NCBI GenBank assembly: GCA_030614005.1 | Contig: JAUWKS010000018.1 | Coordinates: 1 to 32,000 of the forward strand | Reading direction: 5' to 3' | Source of the DNA: Candidatus Heimdallarchaeota archaeon | Lineage (GTDB): Archaea > Asgardarchaeota > Heimdallarchaeia > JABLTI01 | Length of the DNA stretch: 32,000 nt | Part shown: positions 26,847 through 32,000 of the stretch, piece after piece | How positions within the stretch are numbered: the first letter of the stretch is position 1 | How the letters are laid out: each line of letters begins with the position of its first letter | The notes under the pieces: generated by a model | Told to the model about the DNA's origin: nothing | Databases searched by the model: none | Seen by the model: only the letters and a program-made list of their open reading frames with translations | Position numbers and translations under genes: made by a program

Positions 26847-27686
26847 TTGAAAAGTATGATGGAAGATAATCCTGTATGCCTAGGTCTTGAAAATATTACT
26901 TCAATAACTCCTACAATTTGTTCACTAATGGATGTACGTCTACCTGATATTTCCACAGAAGATGTTATTGATGATATTTTATCTATTAGTAAGAAGAAAT
27001 TGGAAACTGTTGTTACAAAATGTTTAGTGTACGCTCCAGACGGAATTGGTTATTTCTTAACGATACGGTATAAAGAGCAATTCAAAAAAATGGATGATAT
27101 AGCTCCCTATAGTATTCGATTATGTTCCGTTTATCCTCCAAAAACACCCATTTGTTTTGCTTCAATGTTTACTGGAGCGTTACCCCAAATTCATGGTAGG
27201 GATAGACCTGATAGAACCGTTCTAAAATGTGAAACTATTTTTGATACTTTTATTGAAGCAGGAAAAAAAGTAGCTATTGTTGCCGTGAAAAATTCCAGCA
27301 TAGATTTGATTTTTAGAGAAAGATCATTAGATTATTTCACAGAAATAGATGATGAAAGCGTAACAAGAAAAACAATAGAATTGCTAGAAAAAGATCAGCA
27401 TGATCTACTCGTTGTTTACCATCAAGAATACGATGATGCATTACATCAAACAACCCCTATTAGTGAAGATGCTTTAATAGCAATGAATAATCATATTGAA
27501 AGTTTCATAAAATTGGGTGAAGCATTCAATACTCATTGGAGTAAATACAATCGATTGTTGCTTTTCACGCCTGATCATGGAGCACATATCAATAGAGAAG
27601 ATGGTCGAGGTACTCACGGAAGTAACATTCCAGAAGATATGATAATTAGGCACTATTATAATATAGAAAAAGGGAAAAATGATTAG
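26847..27686 (+). CDS. Alkaline phosphatase superfamily protein (NPP/PglZ-like)
   Basis: APDG (metal Asp), PPKTPICFASMFTG (Thr nucleophile), EYDDALH, TPDHG, GTHG. Confidence 0.85.
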   Translation: MKSMMEDNPVCLGLENITSITPTICSLMDVRLPDISTEDVIDDILSISKKKLETVVTKCLVYAPDGIGYFLTIRYKEQFKKMDDIAPYSIRLCSVYPPKTPICFASMFTGALPQIHGRDRPDRTVLKCETIFDTFIEAGKKVAIVAVKNSSIDLIFRERSLDYFTEIDDESVTRKTIELLEKDQHDLLVVYHQEYDDALHQTTPISEDALIAMNNHIESFIKLGEAFNTHWSKYNRLLLFTPDHGAHINREDGRGTHGSNIPEDMIIRHYYNIEKGKND

Positions 27687-27892
27687 TATATAAAATCCGT
27701 TAAAAAATAATGAAAAAAATTGCTTTTTTCTTAATAAATAAGGGATAAATATTTTAATTTACAGCTCTATCTAAGGTTTAGGATTAGCGTGAGTGCATTA
27801 TACCAATATTTTAAGAAAAAATTATTGACAGAACTTCAATATGACTTTCAACCCTTTTAGCGAGAAAGATGACGGATGGGTTTAAATGACTA

Positions 27893-27913
27893 GAGAAGGA
27901 CAGTGTCCTTCTC
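27893..27913. terminator. Perfect 9-bp hairpin at the 3' end of the convergent epimerase gene
   Basis: GAGAAGGAC-agt-GTCCTTCTC, overlapping the minus-strand stop codon at 27912-27914. Confidence 0.45.
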
Positions 27914-29009
27914 AATTCCTTGTTTTGCGTGGTTCTGATTGTATTTGTTTTGTGGTTGTTTTGGTTGATATTTTGGTTGGTTTTGAACGCTTTGTTTTTG
28001 TGATTCTTCGTTTAGGCTTAAGATAGGCCTTAATAGCTTTCATGTGACTTTTGTAATGAGGTGATTTCTTTAACAACCAGCTGCGAACTGCTGGTCTACA
28101 AATTATGGCTAGAATTCTTGCAAAAGCTAAACGCTTCTTAATGTATTGTAAATAGTCATCAAATGTATGTTTTTGATATTGCAATATTCTTTGACTTTCT
28201 GTTGTATCCATATATCCACAATGGAATGGTTCATTTCCAAAAGCATAATTTGGTAATCGACCTATTCCCATTGCTTCAAGCAATCGTCCGACAAATTCTT
28301 CATATGTTAATCGGCATTTTTCTCCGCCTGCAATATGGAGCGTTTTCCCCCATACTTCATCATTTGTTGTTGCTCGAGCCATTGCTAAACCGGTATCTCG
28401 AGTATCTGTATGCTCAAAAGGTGTGTCTATAGGGACGTCAAACATAATTGGGTCCAAACTTAGATCGATAGGCATAATTCCGCTGAATCTAAAAATTGTC
28501 CAAATTAAACCAGAGTTTCGCACCATTTCTTCACATTTAATTTTATGACGAGCATAGTGATCGTGCGAACTTGGATTTAATTCATCAGTTACTTTGATGA
28601 CATAATCCACCCCTTTTTGTCTAACATCGCCGTAGATTGCAACAGATGAACTGAAGATTAATTTGGGTGGTGTCTGCTGTTTTTTCATAGCCGTGATTAA
28701 GTTTCTCGTGCCCCCAATATTAATTGGTTCTGCGAATTCAGGTTTGATGTTTGCTAATGGTGGGATAATTGCTGCTAAATGAATAACAACATCCATACCT
28801 TCTACTGCTTGTTCTAAATCTGATAAGTTGCGGAGATCACCCCAACAAATCTCAACTTTATCAAAGTGTTTTTTGTACCTTTTTGCTTTTCTCTTATTAG
28901 CTTTCGTGGGTATATCAAAACATCTGATATAATGTTCCATTTTAATTAATTCATTTAATGTACTTGTTCCAACATTTCCAAATGCACCTGTGAGTAAGAT
29001 TTTAACCAT
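27912..29009 (-). CDS. NAD-dependent epimerase/dehydratase (extended SDR) with a basic C-terminal tail
   Basis: TGAFGNVG, WGDL, HLAAIIPP, SSSVAIYG, YARHK (YxxxK). GGAGG RBS. Confidence 0.9.
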   Translation of the reverse strand: MVKILLTGAFGNVGTSTLNELIKMEHYIRCFDIPTKANKRKAKRYKKHFDKVEICWGDLRNLSDLEQAVEGMDVVIHLAAIIPPLANIKPEFAEPINIGGTRNLITAMKKQQTPPKLIFSSSVAIYGDVRQKGVDYVIKVTDELNPSSHDHYARHKIKCEEMVRNSGLIWTIFRFSGIMPIDLSLDPIMFDVPIDTPFEHTDTRDTGLAMARATTNDEVWGKTLHIAGGEKCRLTYEEFVGRLLEAMGIGRLPNYAFGNEPFHCGYMDTTESQRILQYQKHTFDDYLQYIKKRLAFARILAIICRPAVRSWLLKKSPHYKSHMKAIKAYLKPKRRITKTKRSKPTKISTKTTTKQIQSEPRKTRN

Positions 29010-29407
29010 ACATAGGCCTCCTAGATTTTTTGATGCATTTTGAATTTACATACTATCTCTGTGCCATTTCTGTTTAATTAATAGTGCAATTCGATGTGTA
29101 TGTAACCGCAATGTTAGATTCACTAACAGGGACCTACACCACCTTTGCTGCTAGGTATAATAGAAACGATTGATTACTTATTCTGCTACTAATTTAGCGA
29201 TAAGAGCTAGCAAATATTGATCGGTGGTAATATGTGAAAATTGGAGGAAACTCGGGGAGGGTAAGTCCTACCAAGTTAGACCTCTGACTAAATATAGACT
29301 CTTTAGTATTTAAACCTTAGTAAAAAGGCGGAAATCTATTAAATAGCATTTTTAGGAATATTTCATCCGAAGACTAAGTGTTTTAAGAGAGAAAAACATA
29401 GTATTCC

Positions 29408-30310
29408 TTGGTGATCACTATGGAAATTACGCACATTGGAAACAGAGGAATGGTATTTACTTTTGACGATCTTTCTTCACCAGATTATGCTTGCCCAACA
29501 AATGTTTATGTAATTCACACCGGTAAGAGTTTCTTTATCTGTGATACTTTTCTCGGTCCTGCTTCAATGAAAGAAGTGAAGGAATATTTGGAAAAGGAAT
29601 ACGGAGAAAAAGAATACATTATATTCAATAGTCATTCTCATTGGGATCATCATTGGGGTAATAGTGCCTTTCCAAAATCCAAGATCATTGCTCATGAGTT
29701 GTGTATGGAAGATATGCGAGAAAATGCTGAGAGCATACTTGAAAAAAATGCCAAATTCAAACGTGGAAAAGTAACCATAACCTATCCTAACCTTCTCTTT
29801 AAAAACAATCTAAACTTTGATGAAGAGCAGATTTTAATTTTCCACAGTCCAGGTCATACACTAGATTCAAGTTCCTGCTATGATTCCGCAGATAAAGTTC
29901 TTTTTGTAGGTGATAATCTTGAAGAACCAATTCCATATATCAATTCTAATTTAGAAGGTCTCAAAGTATATATTGAGTCTTTGAAATATTACACTTCTCT
30001 GAACATTGATGCAATTGTTCCGGGTCATGGTCAGGTATCAGACAAGTCTCTACTTGAAGCCAATTTGCACTATCTTGAAAATTTCCCAAATTTAGCTGAA
30101 CTTATTGATATTGAGAAACAGGGTAAATCTTTCTATATTGTTCATCTTGCAAATCTAAATAGATTAGCAACAATTTATGCTGACGAGAAGAATAATCTAG
30201 AGGCTCTTAAATATTTCAAATTGCTACTTGAGATTAATGAACAAGTAAACCTCTATGAAGAAGAATCACTTAAAACCATTAACCAAAGAATTAAGGATTT
30301 GGATAAATAA
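29408..30310 (+). CDS. Metallo-beta-lactamase-fold hydrolase with a C-terminal helical/TPR-like extension
   Basis: SHSHWDHHWGN (HxHxDH), PGHT, GDN, PGHG. Confidence 0.9.
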   Translation: MVITMEITHIGNRGMVFTFDDLSSPDYACPTNVYVIHTGKSFFICDTFLGPASMKEVKEYLEKEYGEKEYIIFNSHSHWDHHWGNSAFPKSKIIAHELCMEDMRENAESILEKNAKFKRGKVTITYPNLLFKNNLNFDEEQILIFHSPGHTLDSSSCYDSADKVLFVGDNLEEPIPYINSNLEGLKVYIESLKYYTSLNIDAIVPGHGQVSDKSLLEANLHYLENFPNLAELIDIEKQGKSFYIVHLANLNRLATIYADEKNNLEALKYFKLLLEINEQVNLYEEESLKTINQRIKDLDK

Positions 30311-30428
30311 TCTACTTAGTATCTTCTATTTCACTTTTTATCTTCTTTTTTGTTTAAAATGCTAACAAAGTTCAAGTTTTTAACTAATTCGTATAATTAC
30401 TTTTATTATTCTAACCAACCAATATTTA

Positions 30429-31748
30429 TTGGGAGATAGTATTGAGAGGAGAATTAAGTTGAAGAAGCAATTATCTAGATACAGTAAAAAATTATCTATT
30501 TTATTAATTATTTTAGCTTTAGTTTTACCAAGTTCTTTTCTAAATATACTTGGGAAAAATTCCAACAACAACTATTCGGGTTCAATAAATAATATGGGAG
30601 CTCCATCATTCCACTATATGGAAATGGAAGTAAAAGATGATTTAGTAATACTATCAACATTTGGTGATTACTGGGAAATATGGAACACATCCGATCCCAA
30701 AAAACCTTTTCTAGTAAAGACCATTCATTTTGTCTCTGATGGTCTTGAATTTATTTCCGATATGGAACTGATCAATAATTATCTTTTTATCAAATTTCTT
30801 AATCAAATAACTATTTATGATTTAGCAGATCCAACTAATCCAAATAACATCACAACCTTTTCTAGTCCATTTTCTAATATCGTAGAAATTCATATTGACA
30901 ACGATTTTCTTTATTTACTTCAATATGTGGAACACTTGGATTATGTCACTTCTACACTTGCAATATTAAATATAAGTGAATTAAATTCAATTCAACTCTT
31001 AGGTGTTTATAATTCAAGTATACATCACACTTCTCCTAATTGGCATCGGAATTATGATAGATTATTAATCAAAGATAATTTTGTATATCTAGTGTGCCCT
31101 GGAAATTATTATCCTGTTGAAGTGGATCCCGTTCTGGAAATAATCGATATAAGTAATAAATCGAATCCACAAAAAATGGGAGAATTTGTTTTGCCTTCCA
31201 GACCTTATTCTATTAGATTACGGGATGATTTTGTATTTATTCCAACACGTTATGATAATCTTCAAATTGTTGATTGTTCAAATCCAAGTTCTCCCATTAA
31301 CGTCTCAAAATTCGATAATTATGAATTAATATCTGATATCGAAATATACGATAATGTTGGTTATCTTGTAACATCAAATAAATTGATTATTTTAGATATA
31401 ACAGACGTTGAAAATATACTTACTCTTGGAGAGTACACAATAAGAAATCAAGGTAACACTTATTTCAGTTATCTCAAAGTGCAAGATGACATCGTTTATT
31501 CAATTGGTCCTTCCGAACATGATGATCGCTATTTTTTCATTTTTGATTGCACAGATTTAACAAATCCTACAAAATTCTATCCAAGGGGGATACGAATATC
31601 TTCTGAGACATTATTTACATTAACAATAATTTCTACATATGCTGGGATAATTCTGGGACCGATTTTAATTATTGTTGGTCTCTTTTTCTTGGTTAGGAAA
31701 TTAAAACAAAGAAAAATAAAGGCTTACCAAAATGAAGAAAAAAGTTGA
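30429..31748 (+). CDS. LVIVD-repeat beta-propeller surface protein with N-terminal signal/TM and C-terminal TM anchor
   Basis: Repeats IYDLADPTNP, LEIIDISNKSNP, LQIVDCSNPSSP, FIFDCTDLTNP. C-terminal TM helix followed by a basic tail. Probable start is the TTG at 30459 after GAGGAG. Confidence 0.85.
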   Translation: MGDSIERRIKLKKQLSRYSKKLSILLIILALVLPSSFLNILGKNSNNNYSGSINNMGAPSFHYMEMEVKDDLVILSTFGDYWEIWNTSDPKKPFLVKTIHFVSDGLEFISDMELINNYLFIKFLNQITIYDLADPTNPNNITTFSSPFSNIVEIHIDNDFLYLLQYVEHLDYVTSTLAILNISELNSIQLLGVYNSSIHHTSPNWHRNYDRLLIKDNFVYLVCPGNYYPVEVDPVLEIIDISNKSNPQKMGEFVLPSRPYSIRLRDDFVFIPTRYDNLQIVDCSNPSSPINVSKFDNYELISDIEIYDNVGYLVTSNKLIILDITDVENILTLGEYTIRNQGNTYFSYLKVQDDIVYSIGPSEHDDRYFFIFDCTDLTNPTKFYPRGIRISSETLFTLTIISTYAGIILGPILIIVGLFFLVRKLKQRKIKAYQNEEKS

Positions 31749-32000
31749 TCTTGGAATAGTGTTTGGTTTTGTAACCATTGCACTATTTTTTACTTCCCAA
31801 TTATTAATTATAAATGAACTTGGTTTTAAAACCGGTTTATCTTTTGAAGATGAAGATATTATCATAACAATAACAGGTGACAACGCTTTTCTCTTAGCTC
31901 GTTATGGTTTGAAGAATTTTGGTGAATTAGATTTTTATATAATTTCACTACCATTTGCTAGTCGTCCTTGGGATATCAATTTAACTTTTAATGGGTTACC
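31732..32000 (+). CDS. Partial CDS running off the window, N-terminal TM/signal (MKKKVDLGIVFGFVTIALFFTSQLL...)
   Basis: Not in the ORF track. The ATG at 31732 overlaps the end of the LVIVD gene, and I read the frame as open to 32000. Confidence 0.7.
   Translation, partial: MKKKVDLGIVFGFVTIALFFTSQLLIINELGFKTGLSFEDEDIIITITGDNAFLLARYGLKNFGELDFYIISLPFASRPWDINLTFNGL

Noticed and set aside
27780-27914. SECIS-like element after the epimerase TGA
   Set aside because: The TGA ends a low-complexity tail rather than an active site, and no SECIS core motif was recognisable.
29010-29407. 400-nt intergenic region with some GC-richer patches (possible riboswitch, ncRNA or small ORF)
   Set aside because: Only 4-5 bp stems and ORFs of 30 codons or fewer. 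No riboswitch, tRNA or sRNA consensus recognised. Compatible with two divergent promoters.
1289-31883. The many 60-200 aa ORFs overlapping long genes (e.g. 1289..1594, 5882..6193, 8094..8684, 13058..13330, 13367..13738, 15880..16227, 28163..28432, 30380..30571, 31701..31883)
   Set aside because: They are antisense or alternate-frame shadows lying within or across well-supported genes, with no motifs or RBS.
1-32000. CRISPR array, rRNA, tRNA, prophage or integrase genes
   Set aside because: No regularly spaced direct repeats, no tRNA/rRNA-like GC-rich segments, and no cas, integrase or phage structural motifs were seen by eye. Intergenic gaps are at most about 400 nt.

Overview
Low-GC, densely coding prokaryotic window with about 27 genes. 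It is most likely archaeal and, by inference from gene content only, Asgard-like. The evidence is GGTGA/GGAG ribosome-binding sites, T-rich tracts after genes, an archaeal AbrB-ACT regulator, an H4MPT-linked Fae domain, and HEAT/TPR/LVIVD proteins. Recognisable genes are pepT, ilvE, aroD, a bacterial-type speA, an aldo/keto reductase, an SDR epimerase, an MBL hydrolase, an alkaline-phosphatase-superfamily enzyme, a small-molecule methyltransferase, an orphan gamma-class amino DNA methyltransferase, a sulfotransferase, and a GT2 glycosyltransferase frameshifted at a (TTTC)3 repeat. No rRNA, tRNA or CRISPR array was recognised, and a possible IS200/IS605 end lies at 1-30. Two loci stand out. (1) 5934-8754: an uncharacterised 426-aa gene is coupled to a DHDPS-family class I aldolase fused to formaldehyde-activating enzyme (Fae). 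The aldolase lacks the DapA Arg138, which suggests a formaldehyde/pyruvate aldol step channelled to methylene-H4MPT. (2) 16944-25026: a tandem-AbrB gene, a TM-dCache-TM-HAMP-TPR-vWA receptor with no kinase or chemotaxis output, an output-less dCache-HAMP paralogue, then speA and an ODC/LysA-like decarboxylase with Cys replaced by Asn. This could be a kinase-free amine or amino-acid sensing system. All functional assignments rest on motif recognition by eye; no database searches were run.
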